64,000 bases of DNA from Camelus ferus (GCF_009834535.1 NC_045697.1:87918001-87982000); one strand, 5' to 3'; shown: positions 1-12,365, numbered from the stretch's first letter. Numbers and translations: made by a program. Notes: generated from the letters alone by a model not told the origin.

Positions 1-880
1 GCTGCACTGGGGCAGCCCCAGGGGACTGCAGGGGGCTGTGTGCTGTGGCTGGGAGGGGATATGGAGCAGAACAACCTTGGTCCCCTATAAATTGCAAAAA
101 AAGCAAAGCAACTGGGCTGGTGTGCTCTGGGGGGAGGGGCACCGTAGCCTTTGTCTCCTCAGACCTGCACCGCCATAATTGGTGCTTCTTGCAAGAAGAG
201 AGGTGGAGCTCATCCACAGCCGCCATCTCCTGTGCGAAGCGCCCGGGTGGGGGCGGGGGCAGGGCTGAGCCCTAAATCCGCACCCGGGGGCTCCACAACC
301 TCCTAGACAGGACGGAGACTTGTTTACAGCCTGAGGCAGATAGGATCTTTCTGCCCTGGAACCTCAGAGAACTCGCGCAGCCAAGACAAACAAGGAGCTG
401 AGATTTGGCACGGAGCAGGGGTGGGGCCATTCTGCGGTCTTCCCCGAGCCCTTCGGAGCACTGACCTGAGGTGGAGTGAGCAGCTTCACAGAGCAGCGGA
501 GCGACCAGCGCCGGGAGAGGGCGGGTGGCAACCCGCTTTCCTGGCAGGAACACAGCACCTGACCACGGTGCTGGAGGGGGACGTGATCCGCCCACCTGCC
601 TCGCCCTAGCGCAGCATCTGACTGCGGCATCAGGAGGCGGAGTGACTCGCCTACCCACCAGGTAGGAGCTCAGCACCTGACCCAGGGTTGGAAGGGAGCG
701 CTATCTGCTAGCCGACAGCCTCTGGGAGCAGCACAGATGAGGGCGCCAGCAGAAGGCCTCTGGAAACAGCAAGCTGAGTTCAACAAACAGGGCGAAGACA
801 CAAAGACCTCTCGATAAAATCATTAAGAGCACAGCACCTCCAGAACTAGATAACTGATACTCATTTAGCCACAGTGCCAG
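1..880 (+). promoter_or_regulatory. L1 5'UTR internal promoter region, CpG-rich
   Basis: Only strongly GC/CpG-rich tract in the window, lying directly upstream of L1 ORF1. Promoter activity is inferred from L1 biology, not shown. Confidence 0.7.
494..740 (+). repeat. Degenerate ~59-bp tandem monomers in the L1 5'UTR
   Basis: CAGC-initiated units at 494, 553, 612, 671 and 729 (cagcacctgacc, cagcatctgact, cagcacctgacc, cagcacagatga); spacing 59, 59, 59, 58. Confidence 0.7.
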
Positions 881-886
881 AGAGAT

Positions 887-1785
887 ATGAGCAATATGAA
901 GAAGCAGAGGAACCACTCCCAATTAACAGATCAAGAGAAATCCCCTGAAAGCATGATCAAGGAAATAGACATTGATGGCCTATTAGATCAAGATTTCAAA
1001 AAAGGAGTAATCAAAGTACTGAAGGAACTAAAAGGAAGTGTTTAGAGATATAAAATATGTCAAAAGTGAAATAGAAGCTATAAAGAAGAACCAAGAATTA
1101 GTAAACTCATTTGCTGAGATGACAGCTGACCTAAAGGCTGTACAAAGCAGGCTACATAATATAGAGGAATGAATAAGTGACCTAGAAGACAGGACAACAG
1201 AAAGCACACAATCAGAACAGCTGAGAGAAAAACAAATAAAAAACAATGAAAACAATATAAGGGGCCTATGGGATAATATAAAGTGTGCCAATCTACACAT
1301 AATAGGGGTTTCAGAAGGGGAAGAAAGAACAAAAGGGGCTTGAAAAGGTCTTTGAAGAAATCATGACTGAAAACTTCCCAGACCTAAAGGAATCAGATAT
1401 CCAAGTACAAGAGGCTCAGAGGGTCCCAAACAGGAAGAACCCAAACAGACCCACACCAAGATATATCATAATCAAGATGGCCAGAGTCAAGGATAAAGAA
1501 ATGATCCTAAAAGCAGCAAGAGAAAAACAAAGACTGAGTTACAAGGGAACCCCCATAAGGCTCTCAGCTGATTTCTCTACACAAACACTACAGGCCAGAA
1601 GGGAGTGGCAAGATATATTCAAAGTCCTGAATGAAAAAAAGATGCAGCCTAGGATACTCTATCCAGGAATCGAAGTATCCTTTAGAATCAAAAGAGAGAT
1701 AAAGAACTTCAGAGACAAGCAAAAACTAAAAGAGTTTAGCAACACTAAACCCATGCTGAAAGAAATATTGACAGGTCTAGTCTAA
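887..1785 (+). pseudogene. L1 ORF1p, disrupted
   Basis: Starts MSNMKKQRNHSQL. Frameshift near 1035, in-frame TGA near 1170, second frameshift near 1340. The C-terminal 140 aa are open with ORF1p motifs ENFP, PRYIIIK, AAREKQ, YKGTPIRLSADFS, ARREW, PRILYP. Confidence 0.92.
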
Positions 1786-3269
1786 ATAGAAAAGAAGCAG
1801 GATGCTACAAAAATGAGAAACTCATAACTGGAAAGGAGATAACTGCCATGAATTACAAAAAAGAATAAAGACAAAATTGTAAAAGAAGACATCTAAATCA
1901 TTAAGAGTGGGAGAGGGAAGCAAGGAAAGCCACTGTTTTAAACAGTATGGAGATTCCTCAAAACACTAAGAATAGACTTACTATATGACCCAGGAATCCC
2001 ACTCCTGGGCATATATCCAGAAGGAACACTACTTCAAAAAGACACCTGCACCCCAATGTTCATAGCAGCACTATTTACAATAGCCAAGACATGGAAACAG
2101 ACTAAATGTCCGTCAACTGGATAAAGAAGAAGTGGTATATTTACACGGTGGAATACTATTCAGCCATAAAAATGACAACATAACACCATTTGTAGCAACA
2201 TGGATGTCCCTGGAGAATGTCATTCTAAGTGAAGTAAGCCAGAAAGAGAAAGAAAAATACCATATGAGATTGCTTATATGTGGAATCTAAAAATAAAATA
2301 AAATAAAATAAAGAACATAAATACAAAACAGAAACAGACTCATAGACATAGAATGCAAACTTGTGGTTGCCAAGGTGGAGAGTGGTGGGAAGGGATGGAC
2401 TGGGAGTTCAAAATTTGTAGATACTGACAGGCATATGTAGAATAGATAAACAGGATTGTACTATATAGCACAGGGAAGTGTGTGCAAGATCTTTTGGTGG
2501 CTCACAGAGAGGGAAGGTGTGGCAATGAATATATGTATGTTCATGTATGGCTGAAAAATTGTGCTCTGTACTGGAGTTTGACACAACATTGTAAAATGAC
2601 TACAACTCAATAAAAAAAAGTTAAAAAAAAAAAGGCCTAATTGGCATATGCCATAATTTAAGCCTGATTGCCTTACAATAAAAACCTATTGGTTATACAT
2701 TGTAGTGTAAAAAACAAAAATAAGTTATCAACAAAAATGCTACAAATTAAGTGAGTGCTCATTTTTAATTAGGCTCATTTGGCAGCAAATTTGAAGGACA
2801 AATGGAATTTGGGCACAGGTATCTGGTTAACATGCTCATTTGTTTGAGCACCCTATAGAATGTTACAAAGTGAAAGGCTATGGGAGTCATGCATGGTCTC
2901 GTTGGGAGACGTAAACTGCTGCTCTGAAACACAGGATTTTGGCTAAGAGTTTGTTTTATGTTGTACTGGGCTGGGCATGGGGCAGAAGTGGGTTTTCTAT
3001 TAGTTTCCTAGGTGTGTGTTTGTTGTTGCTGTTGCTCACACAGGTAGGTGTAGGTCAATGTTAGTTTTAGAAGCATGATCTGTAGTGAGTCTGCTGCCGC
3101 CTAACTGACGCTTGAGACTCACTTATCGGTTGGCTTTCACGTAAAGGTTGACTAAGTGAGTTGTCATTGATCAACTAAATATGGTTAAAGCCACTTCTGC
3201 TGTTTACTTGCTATCATGGTTATAGAACAGTCAGTTTTATCCTAAGACTTTCAGATTTCCTAACATAGG

Positions 3270-3990
3270 AATTATCCATTATTTGAAAGTTTAATGAAAT
3301 AGCTAATAAGACTATCTGTGCCTAAAGTTTTATTTTGGGAATATTTTTGTTTGACTATTACTTCAATTCTTTAATAGTTCCAGGACTAATCAGGCTTTTG
3401 AATTCTTCTTAATTCTGATTTGATAAGTTACAGTTCTCAAAGCATTTGTCCATTTTTAATAAATTTTCAAAACATATTCTACATTGGTCCATGCATTGTT
3501 GAATTTGTTTCTCTGAGGGAGGAAGGAGGGTCTGGTGTTTCTTAATCTGCCATCTTGCTTATATCACCCCTAATCTATTACATTTTTGATACTCAGATGT
3601 ATCTTTGTTTTCTATTTTATAATTTATGCTGTTATTTTTATTTTATTTTTCTTTATACTATATTTAGGTATATTTTGTTATTCATTTTCTACATTCATAA
3701 GTTGTACACTTAAATCATTAATTTACAGCCTTTCTGACTTCCTGACATACACACGTAAAAAGACTAATGTTCCCTTATGGCATGGCTTATGCAGCCCTGT
3801 ACGTTTTGAGATGCGTTTTATTATCATATACTTCTAACTCTTTAAATTTTTTTGTTTTGATTTCTTTCTAACTCATGAGCTACTTGGCAATTTTAAAAAA
3901 TTTCCAAGTTTAAGAATTTTATTTATATTTTTTATTATTAACTTCTAAATTTATTGCTTTGTGGTCAGAGCACATGTTCTCTATCATATC
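3270..3990 (-). mobile_element. Old L1M ORF2 fragments
   Basis: Antisense L1-like text such as ttcaattctttaatagttccaggactaatcagg and ttattgctttgtggtcagag. Confidence 0.55.
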
Positions 3991-4199
3991 TGGAAAACAG
4001 TAAAAAGAGTAGAAGAGAGATTTCAGTTCCAATTTCTACCAAAATGCTGAACCAGCAGGGAATACAGGATCCACCTCCCTCCCACTTCATGCATTTCCAG
4101 TTAGATTATCCAATAACCCCAAGGGAATATGATTTCATAGGCACATAGAGAGGAGGGAGAGAGACAGAAAGAGAGAGAATTAAAGAGAGCACAACTATT

Positions 4200-4850
4200 T
4201 CAAAACTACAAATAAACTTGAATTCATATTTCAGTGGAAGCAGAAAGTAGAATAAATAACTAAATAATATAATTTAGCATAATAATTAGAAGAGATAAAG
4301 GAATTTATTTAAAATATGCAACACAGATAAGAAACCATAAGAACCAAGCAGAAATATTATGAGTGAAAGTTATAATAGATTAAATAAAGAATATAATAGG
4401 TTATGTAAATAAGTAATCCATTAAGTAACAAATTGAAGGTTTAGTTTAAAAAACATTCCAGAAGGAATCAGAAAAGGATAAACATATGGAAGACTTACAG
4501 AAGAATTAAGTGACATGTGGGAGAGAAGCATAAATGAAATATCCTATATAATATTCCTGGAAAATAAGAGATAAAAGTTGAGAGGAGGAAATATTTGAGG
4601 AAATAATCAAGAGAGATTTCTCAGAATTAATTAAAAATAGAAAAAAAAATCTCAGACTGAAAGGGTCCATAGCATGGCAAAGAGGAAAGACAATGGGGAA
4701 AAAACCCCCACAAAACTATGCCTGGACACATTATAGTGAAATTTGAGAATATCAAAGAAAAAAATTACAGAAGCTTAAAAGAGAGACAATAGCACATGGA
4801 AAGGAGTTAGAATACAGTTCAGATTAAAGCCAAGAAATTCAGAGCGTGCA
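4200..4850 (+). mobile_element. Old L1 ORF1-like or HAL1 fragment
   Basis: A-rich decayed ORF1 sequence (gaaatatttgaggaaataatcaagagagatttctcagaatta; gacacattatagtgaaatttgagaatatcaaag). Confidence 0.6.
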
Positions 4851-5169
4851 GAAACCTTATATCTGTGTCTTCAGAGAAGTTTAGAACTTCATTAATGGTA
4901 GAAGAAAGAGGAGGGGCTAAACTTTTTAGGAAATTTGGAAAAGAGAAGCCTGTATTTGTATCTTTAACCAGCAACTTAGCTAAAGTGTTAGCCCTTAAGA
5001 TTGTTTTCATTTTAATAAATATATCCAACTACTAATATGACTTGTTGAGTTGGCCAAATCCTTCCAATTTACCAGAGATTTCCATAGCTCCCTACCTTAG
5101 ACTTAGCCAGTCCAACTGTCACATCTATTATTGTCTTCCTGACCTCTCATTTACATTTAAAACTCTGTA

Positions 5170-5750
5170 AATGATTAAGATCTTGGAATCTGAAGTCAGA
5201 TGCCTGAGTTCTAATCCAAGCTTTGTCTCTCATCGATTGTGTAATTTTGGGCAAATAACTTAGCTCCCTTTATGCTTCAGTTTCAATATCTATAAAATGG
5301 GACAATTATAGTACAGTTGTTCCTTGGTATCCATGGGGGATTGGCTCCAGGACCCCCCTCAGATACCAAAATCAAGTTATTTACATAAAATGGCATAGTA
5401 TTTGCATATAACTGACATGCATCCTCCAGGATATTTTAAATCGTCTCTAGATTAGTTATAATATCTAATACAATCTAATGCTGTGTAAACAGTTGTGAAT
5501 ACAATGTAAATGGTTGCTGACAGGCAGAAAATTGAAGTTTTGCTTTTTGGAAATCTCTGAAAAATTAAAAAAATTATTTTCAGTTGAGTTTGGTTGAATC
5601 AGAAGATGCAGAACCCATGGATTTGCAGGGCTGACTGTACCTACTTCGAGAGTTGTTGGTAAAAGGGGGTGTTCAATGCATGTGAAGCGTGTTAAACAAT
5701 GCCTGGCATAAAGTAAACAGTTGATATTGACAAATATTACTATTATTATT
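5170..5750 (+). mobile_element. MIR SINE split by MER2
   Basis: ggaatctgaagtcagatgcctgagttctaatcc...gggcaaataactta...tataaaatggg, resuming after 5639 and ending aatgcctggcataaagtaa...tattattat. Confidence 0.85.
5314..5637 (+). mobile_element. MER2 (TcMar-Tigger non-autonomous DNA transposon)
   Basis: Imperfect TIRs cagttgttccttggtatccatggg / cccatggatttgcagggctgactg; TA target duplication at 5312-5313 and 5638-5639; internal MER2 text. Confidence 0.9.
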
Positions 5751-6389
5751 GATATTAAACAATTAGATGATGACAAAGTTGCCTATACTACTATTAAAAG
5801 AAACAATGGCTAAAACCAAAGACTCAGAGAATTTTGTTCCAAGGCCAAATAATGACATAAGGTCATGAGTGGTGTGGCCAAAACCAGTTCCAAACCAGCC
5901 ACAGTGACATCATAGGATAATCTGGTCTCTGTCACAGCCTCAGAAAGTTGTGCCACACTCCTTCATGTGGAGGTGAGCCCACCTCTTTTGGGGCTTCCAT
6001 CAGAGAGTGGCTCTCTCTCCTCTCCTCTTGTCCCAGAGTAAAGAGCTTCTGCACACTTACTGCTTCAAGTCCTTTCTCTGATATTCTCTCCTGTAAGTTT
6101 TATTCATCTCAGCCTCTCTGTACTGATGAAAACCAAGCAGAGCAGGCATCTGAACAACCTCTTTGAACATGTAATAAATTCACTTTCAAGTGAGTGGTAA
6201 AAGATTTAGCATGGTAAGAACAATATGGCACAAACTGAACTTTGAAATGTTTGAAATTTTGACTTCTGACCATCTTTCTCTTGTTTTTCATTACAGGCCT
6301 GTCAAGAGAGTGCCTGAGGGAAAAACAAAATCTGTTGAATCCTTAACTCTGGATTGTTACTTCAAACATTCTTCTATTGATAGATAAAC

Positions 6390-6570
6390 CTGGTAGTGAA
6401 TGTAGGTGGTGCCCTTAAGGACATCCAGAAATGGATTAAGTTTTTGTGTGCGAGAAGGAAAAATCATGCATGACTACTCTATTTTTAACTGAGCAACCAG
6501 ATAAAATGAATGGTAATGCTATTTATTAAGATGGTATAAACTTGGGGAGGAACTGATCTGGGCCTGGATA
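6390..6570 (-). mobile_element. L2 fragment
   Basis: ctgagcaaccagataaaatgaatggtaatgctatttattaagatgg resembles antisense L2. Confidence 0.5.
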
Positions 6571-6819
6571 ATGATTCTCCTAAACTAATAAACAAATCCT
6601 TAATGTACTAACTTACTGAGTAACATGATAATGTAGTACACATCACTGGTAGTGGTATTAGTAAAGTTCCAAGAAATACTGAAAATAGAACTGGACCTGA
6701 ATGTACAGCTCTGCACTCTTAAATAAAAAAAAAGCAAGTTAATTGATGTAAAATATCTCACTTACCACATTAAATGTCTATTTATGGTTTATAGTTTTAT
6801 AGCACTAAAATTCTTTTCA

Positions 6820-7350
6820 TTTTTATGATTTCATGAAGGTAAAGTATATTAACAGAAGTTTCTAGTTTTCCCTTCTAATATGTATATAATTTTTTCCTTT
6901 ATTGTTAGCGCTTTTTGTGTCCTAGTAAACAGATTGTTGCTACTACACGGTCTTTCTGAGATGATTAAAATGTTCTATCCTGCTTTGTCCAATGTAGTAA
7001 TTACTAGACATATGTACTGACTGATAACTTAAAATGTGACTAGTGTGAGCAAGGAACTGACTTTTTACATTGTAAACAGTTGATGACCAGTGGCTATTGT
7101 ATTGGACTCTAAAAGCTTTATTGTTTTCCTTTTCACATTTACATCTTCTGTACACCTGGAATTGACTTTTGTGTGTGACATGAGGTTAATGTCAAGATAC
7201 TTTTTCTCTCTATATTCAATTGCTGAAGTACATTTGAAAAAATAAGACCATGCTTTCCCACTTCACAGCAGGAAAAAAAGTTGCCTTTGTCATAAAGCAG
7301 AGGACCTTAGTATGTGGGTTTTTATAGATTCGCTATTCTGTTTCTACTAA
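6820..7350 (-). mobile_element. Old L1M ORF2 fragment interrupted by MER3
   Basis: ttagcgctttttgtgtcctag; ctggaattgactttttgtgtgtgacatgagg; attcgctattctgtttc. Confidence 0.6.
6948..7110 (+). mobile_element. MER3 (hAT-Charlie)
   Basis: tttctgagatgattaaaatgttctat...tgtccaatgtagtaattactagacatatg...aaaatgtgactagtgtgagcaaggaactga...agtggctattgtattggac. Confidence 0.8.
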
Positions 7351-9003
7351 CACCTGTAGCACTTTGTACAATTAGTAAGCATTTTAAAAAGATAAATCTC
7401 ACAGTAGTTTCTATTCTAAACAGCCAGATCTTATCAGAGCACAGTCCATTTTGTCATGTCAATATTTCCTTGATCATTAAGGATAAAAATAAGAGAAAGT
7501 CTGAGATAACTGGCAATGTCATTAATAAAATGATATCATTCATGTCATTAATTAAAATGTCATTAATAAAATGACATTCCTTGCTCAAGATCTTAGAATT
7601 ATTTTGGTATGGGGAAAGGAGGTATAAATACTGGGTGGAGAAAACTATTAGTAAAGAATAGAGTTTGGAAGTTTTGAAAAGTTTTGATAACCTTGGAAAT
7701 CCTCTTAAATTTGACATGGGTGTTGTAGGTACCATTAGTTAGGAAACAGAAACAATTATTTCCTTAAATATAGAATTGAATGCTTTGAAAGTATTTAGTT
7801 GCAGTAGCATCTATTAGGAAAATGAAAGATTTAAAAAATTTTAAATTGAAATCTCTGTGCATGTGAAAATTTGAAACAATACTCTCTACTAAGCTGAATC
7901 ACATGAAAAAGGCAAGTAAATCCCTTAATTATTAGCCAAAGTAAAATTATTGACATTCTGGACTCTGGCAAATCTTATGCCATTTTAGTTGTTTGCTGTT
8001 TTGGAGAGATGTGTGAGGAATTAGATTGTTTCTTTAAATAAAAGTGACTTTGGAAACAGAGCTTTTATTTTCACCTGATTTCTCTTTGGAGACAGACAGT
8101 ATACTTGCATGAAGAAGTTTATGAACAAGATCCTGTATTTGGTGAGTAGTGAATAGAAATGGTGACAATGTTCATTCTACGAGTCAAGATCTATTATATA
8201 ATTATTGATATATTCATTAATATTTTTCATTTGTGATTCATAGAAATACCCTTTTAATAGGTACCATTAGAGTAAACATAAATAAGAAAATGACCATATT
8301 TTCTTTATAAATTAATTTCTGCTTTAACATATCTTGTTCATCATCAGTGTGGAGGTTTTATGTAATATTGCTCCTTAGCAAACAAAAACACAAAATTAAG
8401 TTGTATTTCCATTTATTTAGGTCATGAGTATCACTTTTGGGGAATACTTAATTGATTTAAAAATATAAGTAAAACTTTCTTTTTTAACTTTTGGTTAATA
8501 AACTATCATCATGGTTTCTGATTAAATTTCACCATTTGCTATGGCTTCCACCATAGACTAAAAATAACTCAAACTGTATCCATTTCTACAAAGTACCACA
8601 CAGGATGTGTATACCTTTTTTCTTAGGTGTTTAAACATCCCATAGTAGGAAAATCACTGGAAGGAGGCAGGAGGCCTTGGTTTATCTTGTGGGGCCAGTA
8701 TAAATTTGACACCAAAACACTTGAGTAAAGAAATGCCAATTTCATTTATTTACTTTTCTAAATCAAAATAAAATTTCTCTAAGCTTTTGTACCCATCTCA
8801 CTGTCAGGTGATCTGATCTTAATCATAATCAGGGCCTACACAGTGCCAAAAACCTGTGACATGCTTGGTAAGGTCTAGAAAACTAACTTCTCTCTTTCCT
8901 TTTTTCCCTCTGGTAAAAATGAGTATAAGGGGATATCAGAATCTGATCCTTCCTTCTTCAGTTTTCACTGCAGTCTCTTCCCATAAGTTATCATATATCA
9001 ATC

Positions 9004-9983
9004 TGTGAGATAAATCTGCATATGAAAATTTTCATAGGAAATAGCCAAGAACTTGACTACTGACTCTCTTTATCTACTAGAAAATACAAGAAAGTCCAGA
9101 GGGTGGAGAAATGGAGGACTTGTGACTGAGAGAACTCTGAACTGGATCCCTCTCTTGTCCAGGAAATCTTGAGAGCAATGAAAAGGCTGGCAAACTGTGT
9201 GGGGAAGCCTAGATGTAGGGGAGAGCTGCAAGCCCAGAGTTCATTCAATTTTGGGGGGCAAAGGATTCACAAGTGTTTCCTCTCTCCATAAGTGGGCCAT
9301 GCAAAACGGAGGGGTCACTTGAGGTCCTATTCAATAGGGCCGTGGGGAAGAGAGCGGAAATCTTAGCAGAAAGACTGGATGCATGCTGACAGACACCCAG
9401 TGAAGAGACAGGAATCCCAAGAAGGTGTCCGAGGCAGGGGACACAAGACCCATCTGCCAAAGAGAGCAGGATTCTGCTGAGTTCATATTAAGATCCTCAG
9501 GAAACTCCACCAAAAAGAATCCATTTTAGTATCTGCCAACCTCAGGAGATAGAAGCCCCTCAGTGTGGAGTGAAAAGTATCCTCCTGCCCCTACCTACCT
9601 GTCCTCTTCCCGATCATTTTAGATTCTGGTTGGAGTGAAACAGCACGCTGGAGTATCAGAGAAGAAGAGCAGGCAACAATTGGAAGCAGCAAGCTCATGG
9701 TCTCTTTTTTGTTGGCATCTAGCTGAAGGCTGGTGTCAGCTACAAAAGATGAGATTGAATGGTAGGTTATGTTTGGAGTGGCACCATTTACTGAACTGAG
9801 GCTGTCTTCATAACTTGTGACCATAAGGCATTCTATAATTAAAAATTGGCAGAAAAGCCCTGCAACTAACTGAAGTTTTCACTTTGGGGTAGGGGAGCAT
9901 TGTTCTCCACTGAGAACAATGTTTAAGGATCAGAGGGAGACAAAAGTTTAAGGGAATTGAGTGTACTGTGTATGCCGGTTACA
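9004..9983 (+). mobile_element. Ancient solo LTR, LTR78-like
   Basis: GC-richer ~1-kb block, possibly starting tgtg and ending gggagacaaaag...ccggttaca, which resembles the LTR78 3' terminus; left boundary uncertain. Confidence 0.5.
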
Positions 9984-10089
9984 TGGATAATAATAACTTT
10001 CTGCTGTTTTTATGACTATTTTTATCAAATAAGTTATTATATGCTAAAGGTTTAAAAATATATCAAGATCACTGTACATTTGCTACCAT

Positions 10090-11100
10090 TTGGAGAGATC
10101 ATTCATGCTCATTGAAAATATTACTTCATTGAGCACCTATAATATATGAGGGATTGATATCAAGGGTTAATTTGTATAGAGCATATACCACATGAGAGAA
10201 AGAAGAGGAAAGTAAGTCTATAATAGTAAGTTTGAACAAGAATGAAAGGAACCTTAAGTAGGATACTTGATGTGCAGACCTCAGAAGTAACATGATCAGA
10301 ACTGTGCTTTGGGAAGGTTACTCTGACAACAATTTGTAGAATTAATTGGAGCAAGGAAATGCTCAGAAAATTATATTTCAAGTTCACATTTAAATGTTAC
10401 TTTTCTTTGAAATTTTTCCTGATTCTTTCCTCCAAGGAACAATTACTGATTTTTTTCTTTTGTTGTCTTATATTAGTGGTTTAACATTTTTTGCACTGTA
10501 TTGCAATTAGGTGCTAACCAGTTTTCAATTGCAGGTTTTACAGAACTCTCTTTCTGTAAGAGTTTTGTCTTCAAAGAGGTTTGAAATGACATATACTAGA
10601 TATGTCTGTTGAAGAATCCCTATGCATAATAACTGTTCTCAGTGTGCTCAGAAGTGCAGTTAAGAAACATATTCAACTAGTTTTAAATCAAAGTTATCCA
10701 AATTTATATAATAACTAAACTTTGTTTAGGCTTATCTATTTCCTCCCAGATTCTGAGATCTATGAGGACCAAGGCCATACTTTGTTTAATCTATATACCA
10801 GTAAAAAGTGAAAAATTATAACCACAACTTAACTCAGAGTTGTGTTCTAGAGAAAGTAAATAGCATTAAAGGATAAGATGACATTGTTCATCAGAGGATC
10901 CTGGAAGGTTGGCATAGGCAAAAATGAATGTCAACCTGAGTTGGAACAAGATCTTGGAGAGAGTTGAATTGCTCTGTCCATTAACAGAGATATAGGTAAT
11001 TGTGATTCCTAGTGACAATCCATGAAAGGTAGTTGGAAGGATGGGTGAAAAACAAGTAGGGAAGTCAGAGCCCGAGTGGGCAGAAATAAAACAGGAAACT
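10090..11100. mobile_element. Mosaic of L2, MIR and hAT-Charlie-like fragments
   Basis: Antisense L2 (cattgagcacctataat; catgatcagaactgtgctttgggaagg), Charlie-like 10520-10710, and an L2 3' piece at 10735-10800. Confidence 0.5.
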
Positions 11101-11599
11101 ATTAAGAAAAGGAATGTATTCTTTAAACACAATTATATGCTGTGATGTAAACCCCTCTATCTTTCTAAATCACCAGAAACATCTACAAAGTTCATTGTTA
11201 TTGTTGGGACTACTCTGTGGGTGAAAAAGGGGAAGGGAAAGGGCAAGGGAAAAACCCATTCCTTGCTTCTGAAAAGTCTGTTGAAAGTAACTAGAATAGT
11301 TTAGCATAAGATGATCTGAATCAGAGGTTAGCATGGGAAGTTAGCCCTACAAATTTGTACAGTATGTCTTGGGGAGAGAGTTGGCTTTTTTAGAGGACCC
11401 AGAATAGGACTTCAAGCTACTTTTATCCAACATATTTTATTTATTGACAGGCAAGTTGACTTTTGCTGACATCTGCTAACAGGAATGCTTAATATTTTAC
11501 CTGGAGATATATATATATATAGCAAATATATATATTATATATAATTTATATAATACATACATATGAATGTAAATGATTTAAAATTTGGGGGAAAATCAC

Positions 11600-12365
11600 A
11601 TATCTGTTTAATAACTTGTATTTACACAATATATAAGTACATTCTCCTTGCAAAAATATTTTAAATATTTAAAAAATTAAAAAAACACTTTAAGATATTT
11701 AAAAATTAAAAGTCTCCTCATATCACTACTCTAATCTTAGGTCATAGAAAAAGCTAGTTTACTTTCTCAGTATTTCTATGTATGTATTGAACCATATGAA
11801 ATTTGTAGATTGAACATAGCTGACCATTAGCAATTTTATGTGACTCAAACCAACATTATAATTTTGTAAATTAAGAGGTACACTATTCTACTCTACATAT
11901 CTAATAGCATTTCAATTTTTCATCATTTAAATGTCTTTAAAAAACTTTCCATCATAGCTCATAAAGAATAATTCTTTTTAACTAATGAATGATATTCTGT
12001 GATACAGAATTAGACAGTCTCTCAATAATTAACTTTAGATTGTGCTACTTTTTTCACCATAACTTATTATACATACTTCCTTGAACAAATGAGTGTTTCC
12101 CTAAGGTAAATCCTAGAAGTAAATTGTCAGATCTGTAAGAATTCACATTCTATTTCACCAGAGAGTGCCAAATGTCACCACTTATTTACCATCCCAGAAA
12201 AATGTGATGTACTTGCCCACAATATTAATACTTGATATTTCCCCATTAAATTTTTTTGGTCATTTTTACAGTTAAACAGATCTTTAATTGATTTAATTTA
12301 TGTTCTCCTGATTATTAGTGAGATTAAGCATTTATACTGGTTATTTGAAGTAATTCCTGTATATT
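11600..12365 (-). mobile_element. Old L1ME-type 3' region
   Basis: tttccctaaggtaaatcctagaagtaaattg; tgttctcctgattattagtgagattaagcattt. Confidence 0.6.

Larger units (their letters stand above)
1..2633 (+). mobile_element. LINE-1, internally deleted (5'UTR + ORF1 + extreme 3' end of ORF2 + 3'UTR + poly(A)); 5' end lies outside the window
   Basis: GC/CpG-rich 5'UTR (1-~880), ORF1 homology 887-1785, a jump at ~1929 into the ORF2 C-terminal region (ccactgttttaaacagtatggagattcctcaaaa), a 3'UTR matching the copies at 16000 and 57778, and aataaa plus A-tail at 2609-2633. Confidence 0.95.

Noticed and set aside
45..1332. Several GC-rich or antisense ORFs (76-134 aa) over the L1 5'UTR and ORF1
   Set aside because: Expected by-products of GC-rich, stop-poor sequence and of the L1 antisense strand. 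No recognisable domain, and no evidence for an ORF0 analogue.
8092..8141. Possible plus-strand exon ending TTG|gtgagt
   Set aside because: Ambiguous acceptor, unrecognised peptide and no partner exons.
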